Below are positions 6,729 through 15,065 of a stretch of DNA of 32,000 nucleotides, piece by piece. This DNA comes from an uncultured archaeon. GTDB lineage: Archaea > Iainarchaeota > Iainarchaeia > Iainarchaeales > 0-14-0-20-30-16. The stretch spans positions 17,654 to 49,653 of the forward strand of contig CAYZSS010000002.1 in assembly GCA_964480435.1 (NCBI GenBank). Direction: 5' to 3'. How positions within the stretch are numbered: position 1 is the stretch's first letter; every line of letters starts with the position of its first letter. The notes under the pieces are model-generated. The model ran no database searches, had not been told where the DNA came from, and saw only the letters and a list, made by a program, of their open reading frames with translations. A program made the translations under genes and the position numbers.

Positions 6729-6785
6729 TTTTTCTTTCTTTGGAAAAGAAAGGAAAAAGCATAAGTTCACCAAAAAGAAAGAAAC
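6729..6785 (+). repeat. tRNA-trailer motif, copy B
   Basis: The sequence is tttttctttctttggaaaagaaaggaaaaagcataagttcaccaaaaagaaagaaac. It starts 7 nt after the tRNA-Trp discriminator. Confidence 0.7.
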
Positions 6786-6836
6786 TAGTGAATAAAAAAA
6801 CAGCAGATTTATTAAATCAAAAACTTATTATATACA

Positions 6837-7367
6837 ATGATGGAAGAAATTGAAATAAAAATTCTTGAAATTAACAAAGACGAAGTCATAAAAAAACTAA
6901 TTAAATTAGGTGCAAAAAAAGTATTCGATGGCCCAATGAATTCAATTTATTTAGATAGAGATAAAGAACTAAGAGATACAAAAAAAACTTTAAGAATCCG
7001 TCAAAAAGGAGACAAATGCATTGTTACTTTTAAAATAAAAAAAGAAGACAGAGATGTAAAAATTGCAGACGAATATGAAACAGAAGTTAAAGACTTTGAA
7101 GAAGCAAAACTAATTTTTAAAAATTTAGGATTCGACGAATATAAAACAGATTTCAGAAACAGAGTTTCCTATAAATTAAAAAATTCATTAGTTGAAATTG
7201 ACACTTTCCTTAAAGCCCATAATTACGTACCAACATTTTTAGAAATTGAATCTCCAAATAAAGAAGAAATAAAAGAAGTTGCTAAACTATTGGACTTTTC
7301 AGAAAATCAATTAAAACCATGGTCTGGAAAAGAAGTTTTAGAATATTATAAAAAAAAGAAAAAATAA
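6837..7367 (+). CDS. CYTH-domain protein (triphosphate tunnel metalloenzyme / class IV adenylyl cyclase-like)
   Basis: The N-terminal EIEIK matches the ExExK CYTH signature. At 176 aa the size and the alternating charged beta-strand pattern also fit. Confidence 0.75.
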   Translation: MMEEIEIKILEINKDEVIKKLIKLGAKKVFDGPMNSIYLDRDKELRDTKKTLRIRQKGDKCIVTFKIKKEDRDVKIADEYETEVKDFEEAKLIFKNLGFDEYKTDFRNRVSYKLKNSLVEIDTFLKAHNYVPTFLEIESPNKEEIKEVAKLLDFSENQLKPWSGKEVLEYYKKKKK

Positions 7368-7381
7368 AAAAAAGAATTAAA

Positions 7382-7465
7382 CCACGAAGTGGCTTTTTCG
7401 CGAACCTTTTGGAAAAAGGCTCCCACGAAGTGGCTTTTTCCCAAGGCTTTTTTGAAAAAAGCCTT
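7382..7465. terminator. Bidirectional terminator region between the convergent CYTH and thermosome genes
   Basis: Two identical 18-nt units, ccacgaagtggctttttc (7382-7399 and 7423-7440), each form the hairpin CCAC-GAA-GTGG followed by T5. Two palindromes are also present: ccttttggaaaaagg (7405-7419) and aaggcttttttgaaaaaagcctt (7443-7465). The latter overlaps the thermosome stop codon. Confidence 0.5.
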
Positions 7466-9089
7466 AATCCATGTCGCCCATTCCAGGAGGCATGCCTCTT
7501 GGGCCTTTTGATCTTCCGCTTCCTGCAATTATATCATCAATTCTTAGAATCATTTGTGATACTTCTGACCCTAAGTTTATTGCTTGGATTTTTATGTTTG
7601 TTGGTTCAATTACATTAAGTTTTTCCATGTCAGCAATTGTGCTATTCAGAACATCAACACCGCAGGCAACTTCTCCTTTTTTATGTCTATTTTTCAAGGC
7701 AACTAAAATATCTAAAGGATTCATACCAGCAGATTCTGCCAAAGTTCTAGGAATTATTTCCAAAGCACTTGCAAACGCATCTATTGCCAATTGTTCTCTT
7801 CCGCCAATTTCTTTTGCATATTCTCTTAATCTAATTGCAACTTCCATTTCGCAGGATCCACCACCAGCAACATATTTACCTGATTTTAATGAAGAAGTTA
7901 CTGCGCCTAAAGCATCAACGATTGCTCTTTCTGCTTCATCCACAACGTGATCTGTTCCGCCTCTAACAAATATTGTTACTGCTTTTGCATCTTTACAGCC
8001 TTCAATAAATACCATTTCTTCTCCAGATATTTTTTTTTCTTGAACAATATCTGCATTCCCTAAATAGGTTTTATTTATTTCTTTTATTCTTGATGCAATT
8101 TTTGCACCTGTTGCTTTTGATAGTTTATCAATATCAGATTTTTTTACTCTTCTTATTGCCATAATTCCTGCTTCAGATAAAAAGTGTTGTGCTAAATCAT
8201 CAATTCCTTTTTGGCAAATTACTACATTTGCTCCAGATGCTTTTATTTTTTCTATCATATCAGAAATCATTCTTTCTTCTTGTTCTAAGAATTGTTCTAA
8301 TTGTTCAGGACTACTAATTTGCACTTTAGTATCTGTTTCTGGACTTTTTATTTCCAGAGCAACATCCAATAAAAGTATTTTTGCGTTACTTATTTTTTTT
8401 GGCATGCTGTTGCTTACAATTTCTTTATCAATTACTATTCCTTTAATCAATTCGCTGTCCTCTAAACTTCCACCAGATTTTTTTTCTATTTTTATGTAGT
8501 CGTTATCATAAATAACTTTATTGTCTTCAATAACAATAATTTGGGAAACTGCATCAATTACTAACTTAGCAAATTTTTGACAAGATTCTGCTGCCTTTCC
8601 AGTCATTGATGTTATTGCAATGTTATATAATTTCTTTTCATCTTTGTGGTCTACTTTGTATGAAATGTCATTGTAATATTCAATTGCTTTTGTTGTAGCC
8701 AATCTGTAACCATTAATTATACTTGAAGGGTGTATTCCATTATCCAAAAGTTTTTCTGCTTCTCCTAATAACTCTCCAGCAACCACTACAGCTGTTGTTG
8801 TTCCATCCCCTATTTCAGAGTCTTGGGTTTTTGCAATATCAACCATCATTTTTCCAACAGGGTGCTCAATAGCTATTTCCTTTAGAATTGTTGCCCCATC
8901 ATTTGAGATTGTAACATCTCCCATTTCATCAACAATCATCTTGTCCATTCCTTTAGGACCCAATGTTGACCTTACTGCGTTGGCCACTGCTCTAGCAACC
9001 AAAATATTTACTCTTTGAGCATCTTTTCCTCTAATTCTCTTTGATCCTTCTTCTAAAAAGGCATTCTGTTGATTCTGCATTTCTGCCAT
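7464..9089 (-). CDS. ths: Thermosome subunit (group II chaperonin)
   Basis: 541 aa. It carries [15 protein letters not shown], a full equatorial/apical/equatorial layout and a C-terminal [10 protein letters not shown] tail. The Shine-Dalgarno sequence GGGGTGAT lies 5 nt upstream of the ATG. Confidence 0.97.
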   Translation of the reverse strand: MAEMQNQQNAFLEEGSKRIRGKDAQRVNILVARAVANAVRSTLGPKGMDKMIVDEMGDVTISNDGATILKEIAIEHPVGKMMVDIAKTQDSEIGDGTTTAVVVAGELLGEAEKLLDNGIHPSSIINGYRLATTKAIEYYNDISYKVDHKDEKKLYNIAITSMTGKAAESCQKFAKLVIDAVSQIIVIEDNKVIYDNDYIKIEKKSGGSLEDSELIKGIVIDKEIVSNSMPKKISNAKILLLDVALEIKSPETDTKVQISSPEQLEQFLEQEERMISDMIEKIKASGANVVICQKGIDDLAQHFLSEAGIMAIRRVKKSDIDKLSKATGAKIASRIKEINKTYLGNADIVQEKKISGEEMVFIEGCKDAKAVTIFVRGGTDHVVDEAERAIVDALGAVTSSLKSGKYVAGGGSCEMEVAIRLREYAKEIGGREQLAIDAFASALEIIPRTLAESAGMNPLDILVALKNRHKKGEVACGVDVLNSTIADMEKLNVIEPTNIKIQAINLGSEVSQMILRIDDIIAGSGRSKGPRGMPPGMGDMD

Positions 9090-9180
9090 TATATCACCCC
9101 AATAATAATAATTTCTAATAATTAGTACAAATATAGGAGTTAAAATCTTTAAAAAGCTTCCTGATTTAATAAATTACAAT

Positions 9181-9708
9181 TTAACCCATAAATTCTCTTT
9201 TAAGAATACCAAAATAATAGGCATCCACTTCTTTACCTTTTTCAAAAAAGTATGCCCTGATGACTCCTTCTTTTTTTGCCCCAAATTTCATTAAAGATCC
9301 CTCTCCTCTCGGGTTATCTGATCTTACTCTAAAATACACTTTATTACAATTCAATTTAAATAAATAAGATAAAAATAATTTTAAAATTTGGTGAAAATGA
9401 CCTTTACCCCAATACTCCTTTGCCAAGTAATAGCCTAATTCACAATTTTTATTTAAATAATTTGGGGTAGCTGTAATAGTACCAATAAAGTTATTTTCAA
9501 AAAGTATTCCATACTGATATTTTTTTTTATTATTCATTTCTTTCCAGCTTTGTCTAATATCTTGTTTAATTGACTCTTGCGTTTCAATTGGTTCATTATA
9601 GCTTTTGTGCATTTCATTTACTTGCTTAAAAATTGTCGATGCATCAGCTAATTTAAGTTTTCTGAAAACAATTTTATCTAAAACTATTGATTCGTCAAGA
9701 TAATTCAT
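9181..9708 (-). CDS. GNAT acetyltransferase, RimJ/RimL-like
   Basis: 175 aa. The motifs are YWGKGH, then VYFRVRSDNPRGEGSLMKFGAKKEGVIR, matching the N-x-x-S...K-x-GF..EG pattern. Confidence 0.7.
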   Translation of the reverse strand: MNYLDESIVLDKIVFRKLKLADASTIFKQVNEMHKSYNEPIETQESIKQDIRQSWKEMNNKKKYQYGILFENNFIGTITATPNYLNKNCELGYYLAKEYWGKGHFHQILKLFLSYLFKLNCNKVYFRVRSDNPRGEGSLMKFGAKKEGVIRAYFFEKGKEVDAYYFGILKREFMG

Positions 9709-9743
9709 AATATATGGAGCGCAATAAAGATTAAAAAGGTTAA

Positions 9744-10115
9744 TCAGGAAAGCTGTTTTTTCTTATTGTACCACCCAAAGATAAACAAAACCCCGATAAC
9801 AAAGGCAAACCCTGAAATCTGTATAACCCAGGATAAAACATACCATTCAAAAGGGATTCTTATTATCAGAATTATGTAAAGAATACCTGCAAGAATAAAG
9901 ATAATACCACCAACTATCTCATACTTCCAGGATATGATTACAGCTACAAGTAAGATTAAAGCAGGCACGTTATGTATAAAAAGAGCAAAGACAGTTTGCC
10001 AAAACCCCAATCCATTACCAAAAACATCCAAAGACATCAAAAACAAGAAACAGACAAAGATTATTGCCAATATTCTGGGAGTCCAGTATAAAAACTTGCT
10101 AACTTTTCTATCCAT
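9744..10115 (-). CDS. Small integral membrane protein (about 4 TM helices), function unknown
   Basis: 123 aa, almost entirely hydrophobic segments (ILAIIFVCFLFLMSL, ALILLVAVIISW, GGIIFILAGILYIILII, VIQISGFAFVIGVLFIFGW). Confidence 0.6.
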   Translation of the reverse strand: MDRKVSKFLYWTPRILAIIFVCFLFLMSLDVFGNGLGFWQTVFALFIHNVPALILLVAVIISWKYEIVGGIIFILAGILYIILIIRIPFEWYVLSWVIQISGFAFVIGVLFIFGWYNKKKQLS

Positions 10116-10204
10116 TTCTAGTATATACTCCCTACCTATTTAACCCTTACCTTATCAGCGTTTTTTCCCTTTTCTTTAATAACATTTCGGAACTTTGTTA
10201 TCCT

Positions 10205-12115
10205 ATGGAGAAAATAGAATTACTTTTACCAGCAGGGAACTGGAGTTGCATTAGGGCAGCAGTAGAGAATGGAGCAGACGCAATTTATTTTGGTACTACT
10301 GAATTTAATGCCAGACGAAAAGCAGACAACTTCTCAATAGAGGATGTGAAAAAGGTTGTTTTTTATTGTCACAAAAACGGAGTTAAAGTATACTGCACAT
10401 TAAATGTACTTGTAAAAAATAGCGAAATTACCAGTTTTTTTGCAACAGTAAAAACACTTTATTTAGCAGGTGTAGATGCAGTAATAGTACAACATATTTC
10501 TTTTATTGATATTATAAAACAAAACTTTCCTGGCATGGAAGTACACCTTTCAACACAGGCAGCAATTAGTAATTCATATTTCTCAGAATTAATAAAAGGT
10601 GCAGACAGAGTTATTCTACCAAGAGAATTCAGTCAAAAAGAAATAAAAGATTTTATTAAAAAAACGAAACTTCCTGTTGAAATCTTTGTGCAGGGGGCAT
10701 TATGTTTTTCTTACAGTGGGAAATGTTTATTTTCTAGTTTTCTTGGCGGTCGATCAGGAAATAGAGGCTTGTGTGCTCAACCCTGCAGAAAAATATTTTC
10801 GGGGTCACGTTTATTAAGCATGAAAGAGTTAAGTTTAATTCAAAAAATCCCGCAAATTATTGATAGTGGAGTTTCTTGTGTAAAAATTGAAGGACGATTA
10901 AGAAACGAAAAATATGTAGCAGCAGCAACAAGAGTTTATAGACTTGCAATTGATTCTTATTACAAAGGAACATTTAAAGTAAATCCCGAAAGTTTTAAAG
11001 AATTAGAATTTGCTTTTAATCGTGAATTTACAGAGGGTTATTTTTCTGAAAAGAAAGATTTAGTTTCTCCAGAGAATGCAATGTCACGGGGATTATATTT
11101 AGGCACTTTAGAAGAAGGAAATTTAATAAAAATTACAGAGGATTTATCTGTTGGAGATGGCCTGGGAATTTGGTTAAAAAACAAAGTGGATGGAGCAAAG
11201 GTAAAAAAAATGGAACGTGATGGAAAACCCATTACTGATGCACGAATGGGAGATACAGTAAAAATTAATATAAAAGCGCCGGCAGGAACAAAAATTTACA
11301 AAACATCATCCCAAAAAGAGCTTACCGCCAGAGAAATAAGGTTTGATAAGAGAGCACAAATTTTTGTAAGAAATAGAGAAAATAATCCACTTGTTTTACC
11401 TGCTATTTTGCCACAAAGATCAAAAAACCAAGAGATAATTGTAAAGATATACTCAACAGAAGAAGGCAATAAGGCATTAGATACAGGAGTAAAAGTATTT
11501 TATAATATTTTTGAAAAAGATTTTGATTCTAAATTTGGTGCTTTTGTTCCAAGAATATTATCTGATTTTGATGTTGAAAAAGCAGTTGAATTAATTAAAA
11601 GCCTTAAAGTTAAAGACGTTCTTATTGGAGATTTAGGAGTATATGCTTTACTAAAAGATTCTGGATTAAATTTGTATTTAGATTATTCTGCAAATGTCTT
11701 TAATGATTATGATATTTTGTTTTTCAAAAATGCAATTCCAATTGTTTCTCCTGAACTTTCTTTTAGAGAATTAGGAGAATTTAAAAACAAGAATTTTGTT
11801 GTACTAACACACGGAAAAATAGTTTTTATGAACACAAAGTATAACCAACTTCCAAGTTCATTAACTGATGAAAAAAATTATATTTTTCCAGTTAGAAAAG
11901 AGTATAATTATTATCAAATTTTAAACAGTGTAGATTTAGGATTAGTTTACAAAGTAATGGGGTTAAAAGACATAAAAATAAACAAATTCTTTTTAGATTT
12001 AGAATATGATGTTTCAGAAACAATAAAAATGTACCAAGACATTCTAGCAAGTAAAAAAGTAAATGCTGAGAAAAACAAATACACCAAAGGGCACTGGGAA
12101 GAAGGGGTACTTTAA
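10205..12115 (+). CDS. U32-family protein (peptidase U32 / RlhA-TrhP-UbiU-like Fe-S enzyme), long form
   Basis: The N-terminus is ELLLPAGNWSCIRAAVENGADAIYFG. The sequence EIFVQGALCFSYSGKCLFSSFLGGRSGNRGLCAQPCR gives CX6CX15CX3C. Confidence 0.85.
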   Translation: MEKIELLLPAGNWSCIRAAVENGADAIYFGTTEFNARRKADNFSIEDVKKVVFYCHKNGVKVYCTLNVLVKNSEITSFFATVKTLYLAGVDAVIVQHISFIDIIKQNFPGMEVHLSTQAAISNSYFSELIKGADRVILPREFSQKEIKDFIKKTKLPVEIFVQGALCFSYSGKCLFSSFLGGRSGNRGLCAQPCRKIFSGSRLLSMKELSLIQKIPQIIDSGVSCVKIEGRLRNEKYVAAATRVYRLAIDSYYKGTFKVNPESFKELEFAFNREFTEGYFSEKKDLVSPENAMSRGLYLGTLEEGNLIKITEDLSVGDGLGIWLKNKVDGAKVKKMERDGKPITDARMGDTVKINIKAPAGTKIYKTSSQKELTAREIRFDKRAQIFVRNRENNPLVLPAILPQRSKNQEIIVKIYSTEEGNKALDTGVKVFYNIFEKDFDSKFGAFVPRILSDFDVEKAVELIKSLKVKDVLIGDLGVYALLKDSGLNLYLDYSANVFNDYDILFFKNAIPIVSPELSFRELGEFKNKNFVVLTHGKIVFMNTKYNQLPSSLTDEKNYIFPVRKEYNYYQILNSVDLGLVYKVMGLKDIKINKFFLDLEYDVSETIKMYQDILASKKVNAEKNKYTKGHWEEGVL

Positions 12116-12166
12116 ATAGATACATATATATATTTTTTAGTTAATATAGGATATTAAGGTGTTTTT

Positions 12167-14593
12167 ATGGGCAATGAAAGCAGTGCTATAAAAAAAAAGG
12201 ATAATCTTTTAACTTATGATAGTAATAACAAAGAAAAAACAAATAGCATTAGAAGACACCCACAAAAAGCAGAAATTACAACAAAAAAATTAATAATTGC
12301 ATTAAGCATAATAGCAATTATTGTTATTTTATTAGTAGCAGGATATTTCCTATTTTTCCATAAAAATACAGCAAAAACACAACAAGCAGTTATTTTTAAT
12401 AACGGGATATTTATAAAAAAAATCCTGCCAGGAAACCCAACCACAGAGTTTTTGACTTTAGATAATGCACAAGACTATTTTTTAATTGCTTTTTCTCCAA
12501 CTGATTCCAAATTAAAAACAGACAATGCAATATTAACCCTAGAAAAAAACATCTACTTAATTGCAACCACAAATATTTTTGACATAGAGTTAACCTACAA
12601 TTCAAAAAGTTGCGGGCTATATTTGCCAATAAAAACAGCAAATTATAATGATTTTACAGAAGAAGAAAGAACAGAATTAATCAATAAAATAAAAGAAGAA
12701 TATTACCCTGAACTAGATTGCGACTTAGTTAATGTATTTGAAAAAAGCATTATTGAAGAGTTAAATAACGAAATTGTAAAAGGCAATTTAAAAGCACAAA
12801 AAAATACAATAATTTATCTAGCTGCTAAATCAGATGCATTTACTACATACTTAGATGCAATAACCAATTCTGCAAATAATGAACTTAAAAAAGCAAGGAT
12901 AACAAAACAGTATTCAGCCATACCTTTAGACATCAGTTTGGAAGTAAATAAAAATAGCATAAATCCGATTGATGATGATTTTGTAATAAAAATTACTGCA
13001 AATAAACCACTTTTTAAAGAAGACTATATTCTAAATGTTGTAGAAGTAACAAATAAAGAGACATACCCTTTAGCAACAGAATCCAGCCCATATCAAGAAC
13101 AGCCTTTTGTTGCAACAAATTATTGGGATGGTAGCATTAACCAAGGAAAGTTTGGATTAAAATATAAAAAAGCAACATATAATTTAGAAGTAATTAGTAA
13201 ATCCACAAACCAGGTACTTGCAAAAACAACAATAAACACAGACCCAGGGGACCTGTATACAATAGAATACAATTACTATGATTTAAAAAAAGCAATACCC
13301 CCCGAAAAGTATTCCCAATTAAGTTTATATAACCAAGAATCAGAAAAGATACCTTTAATCTTTGATAAACTAGAAAGCAACCCACAAATTGCAAGCACAA
13401 ACCCAGAAATAAAAATAACAACACATAAGACTTATCAAATCCACCCAAAAAGTATTCCGGCTTATAAATTTACACCTTCTGAAACAGAAGTCATTAAATT
13501 ATTAGAACAGTTACCATTTTTGGAAAATATGGAGAATTTATTTTTAAGAGAGCAAGGGGTTTTTGAAAAAAATCTAAACCCTGCACAATTTAAAGCCTTA
13601 AATGATTTAGTTGAAAAAAATGTTATTTATTTAGGACAGCCATACATTGCAACAGTAACTCCCGATTTTACAGAAAGAGATAATTTAATAGACACATCCA
13701 CATTAACTACTTCTTTTTTCGACATAAAACAAATTGAAATAAACACATTTCTTTTTTCACACCCATGTGCAAACAAAGACGACACTGTTTGCTTAATGCA
13801 AGCCGCATATTTGCGCCAATTACCAAAGGATGGTGATATAGGCGGTTATGCAAACTTAGAAAAAAATGCAGATATTAACAAAGATTTTATTATTACTGCA
13901 AAAGAAGGAACCAACAAAGATTGGTTATTTATTGCCCCACACGGTGGAGTAATAGAACCAGGAACAGACCTTCTTGCAGCGGATTTAGCTAGCGAGGGTA
14001 ATTATGGGCTATATACTTTTGTAAGCAATAATCAGGTTTGTTTTGAAAATGAGTGCAGGTCAATGCATATGACATCAACACAATTCGATGAGCCAAGCAT
14101 GTTTAAATTAATAGATGATTATAATGAAGGAGTTGCAATATCTTTACACTGTTATGGAAGTAATGCAAAAGATGATCCTTACCCTGGAGAAGAAAATGAA
14201 CATATAGTAATTGGTGGACAAAACCATAATTTACAAATACTAATGGTAAAAGAATTAACTCAATTAGGATTTACGGGGTTAGAAATAAGAGCAAAAGATT
14301 ATGCTGACAATTTAACTGAATTAAATAAACTTAGGGCTGCTGTCCCAAGCAGTGTAGAGGTTTCTATAAATGGATTATTTGCGGGGGTAGATTCAGCAAA
14401 TATGGTAAACCTTAGCAAAGACAAAGGAGTTCAAATAGAAATTAGCAGAAAATATATGCGAAAATTTATTATCCTTAACTCAGAATGTGGATTTACAAAA
14501 ACCCAGACATATCATAATTTTGTTACTGGTTTAATTAATGCAATGCACCAATATGAATCAGAGTATATTTATCAAGATGTGGTTGAAAGTTAG
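12167..14593 (+). CDS. Type II membrane-anchored surface protein with a C-terminal poly-gamma-glutamate-hydrolase-like (PghP/DUF867) domain
   Basis: A K-rich N-terminus is followed by one TM helix (LIIALSIIAIIVILLVAGYFLFF). The C-terminus reads LFIAPHGGVIEPGT...MHMTSTQFDEP...ISLHCYGS...IVIGGQNHNL...GVQIEISRKYMRKF, which matches the PghP family pattern including the H/E/H zinc ligand positions. The Shine-Dalgarno sequence is AAGGTG. Confidence 0.8.
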   Translation: MGNESSAIKKKDNLLTYDSNNKEKTNSIRRHPQKAEITTKKLIIALSIIAIIVILLVAGYFLFFHKNTAKTQQAVIFNNGIFIKKILPGNPTTEFLTLDNAQDYFLIAFSPTDSKLKTDNAILTLEKNIYLIATTNIFDIELTYNSKSCGLYLPIKTANYNDFTEEERTELINKIKEEYYPELDCDLVNVFEKSIIEELNNEIVKGNLKAQKNTIIYLAAKSDAFTTYLDAITNSANNELKKARITKQYSAIPLDISLEVNKNSINPIDDDFVIKITANKPLFKEDYILNVVEVTNKETYPLATESSPYQEQPFVATNYWDGSINQGKFGLKYKKATYNLEVISKSTNQVLAKTTINTDPGDLYTIEYNYYDLKKAIPPEKYSQLSLYNQESEKIPLIFDKLESNPQIASTNPEIKITTHKTYQIHPKSIPAYKFTPSETEVIKLLEQLPFLENMENLFLREQGVFEKNLNPAQFKALNDLVEKNVIYLGQPYIATVTPDFTERDNLIDTSTLTTSFFDIKQIEINTFLFSHPCANKDDTVCLMQAAYLRQLPKDGDIGGYANLEKNADINKDFIITAKEGTNKDWLFIAPHGGVIEPGTDLLAADLASEGNYGLYTFVSNNQVCFENECRSMHMTSTQFDEPSMFKLIDDYNEGVAISLHCYGSNAKDDPYPGEENEHIVIGGQNHNLQILMVKELTQLGFTGLEIRAKDYADNLTELNKLRAAVPSSVEVSINGLFAGVDSANMVNLSKDKGVQIEISRKYMRKFIILNSECGFTKTQTYHNFVTGLINAMHQYESEYIYQDVVES
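12261..12773. repeat. 513-bp dispersed repeat, copy 1 (partner at 26203-26715)
   Basis: The two copies sit at a constant offset of 13942 at both ends, with mostly third-position differences. 12674-12747 is identical to 26616-26689 (74 nt). Confidence 0.85.
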
Positions 14594-14629
14594 TTTATCT
14601 TCAAGGGTTATGTTATTAACAAGATAAAC
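14593..14629. terminator. Inverted repeat between convergent genes
   Basis: GTTTATCTT (14593-14601) pairs with AAGATAAAC (14621-14629). This is a 9-bp stem with a 19-nt loop, followed by an A8/T5 tract. Confidence 0.3.
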
Positions 14630-14654
14630 AAAATAAGACAAAAAAAAGTTTTTA

Positions 14655-15035
14655 TTACTTCTTTTTTGTAATATTGTCTATTCCTTTTTCGATAGCAGAA
14701 ATAAGACTTCTCTCAGTACCATATTCTAAAAATATCTGGGATACTGCTTTAAGTGATCCTGATAACTCTGAGCCTCTTTTATAGATGCAAATTATTGGTA
14801 TTAGTTTTTTGTCTGCCCAACCCAATTCAATACCTAATCCTATTGAAGGATTTGATACGTCTGCAATAACTAAATCACAATCAGTATTAAAAAACTCTTT
14901 TGAATTATAGGGTGCTGTTGAATGTTCGTGTGGCAAAACAAAATTATGAATTTTATTTAATGCACTTTTCCTTATTGGATCATATAGTTCTTTCTTAAAA
15001 TCAAAAGAAGTTGAGTGTGCAACATAAATATTCAT
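14655..15035 (-). CDS. Nucleoside 2-deoxyribosyltransferase-like Rossmann-fold protein
   Basis: 126 aa. CDLVIADVSNPSIGLGIELGWADKKLIPIICIY resembles the D-x-G-T-x-x-E-x-G-x-A...PV motif of the NDT/Rcl-type family. The assignment is tentative. Confidence 0.45.
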   Translation of the reverse strand: MNIYVAHSTSFDFKKELYDPIRKSALNKIHNFVLPHEHSTAPYNSKEFFNTDCDLVIADVSNPSIGLGIELGWADKKLIPIICIYKRGSELSGSLKAVSQIFLEYGTERSLISAIEKGIDNITKKK

Positions 15036-15065
15036 AAAATAATTAGAATTCTAAAATTTATAAGC

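Noticed and set aside
3503-7367. GGDEF cyclase, CDA-fold deaminase and CYTH protein (with the HIT protein at 25659) considered as one nucleotide-signalling island
   Set aside because: The genes are on different strands with separate promoters and are interrupted by a PUA gene and a tRNA. Deaminase, CYTH and HIT are common housekeeping families. Only the GGDEF gene plus its coupled partner look like a unit.
7382-7440. A CRISPR-like array, based on the repeated 18-mer
   Set aside because: There are only two copies, the units are hairpin-plus-T-run terminators, and the window has no cas genes.
7471-7950. 159-aa plus-strand ORF, plus the ORFs at 7346-7528 and 7409-7618
   Set aside because: They lie antisense to the thermosome gene or span the terminator hairpins. 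They have no start context and their composition is driven by the opposite strand.
12214-12444. Antisense ORFs at 12214-12444 and 25871-26386, which share the conserved peptide MVGFPG(R/S)IFF(I/V)NIPLLKIT
   Set aside because: The conservation is a by-product of the 513-bp DNA repeat encoding the sense-strand anchor and stalk. ORF 25871-26386 would also overlap the HIT gene.
14594-15035. Immunity genes downstream of the two cassette proteins
   Set aside because: The next genes (14655-15035 and 29039-29572) are on the opposite strand and convergent. They have no resemblance to each other and no signal for co-transcription, so there is no classic toxin-immunity arrangement.
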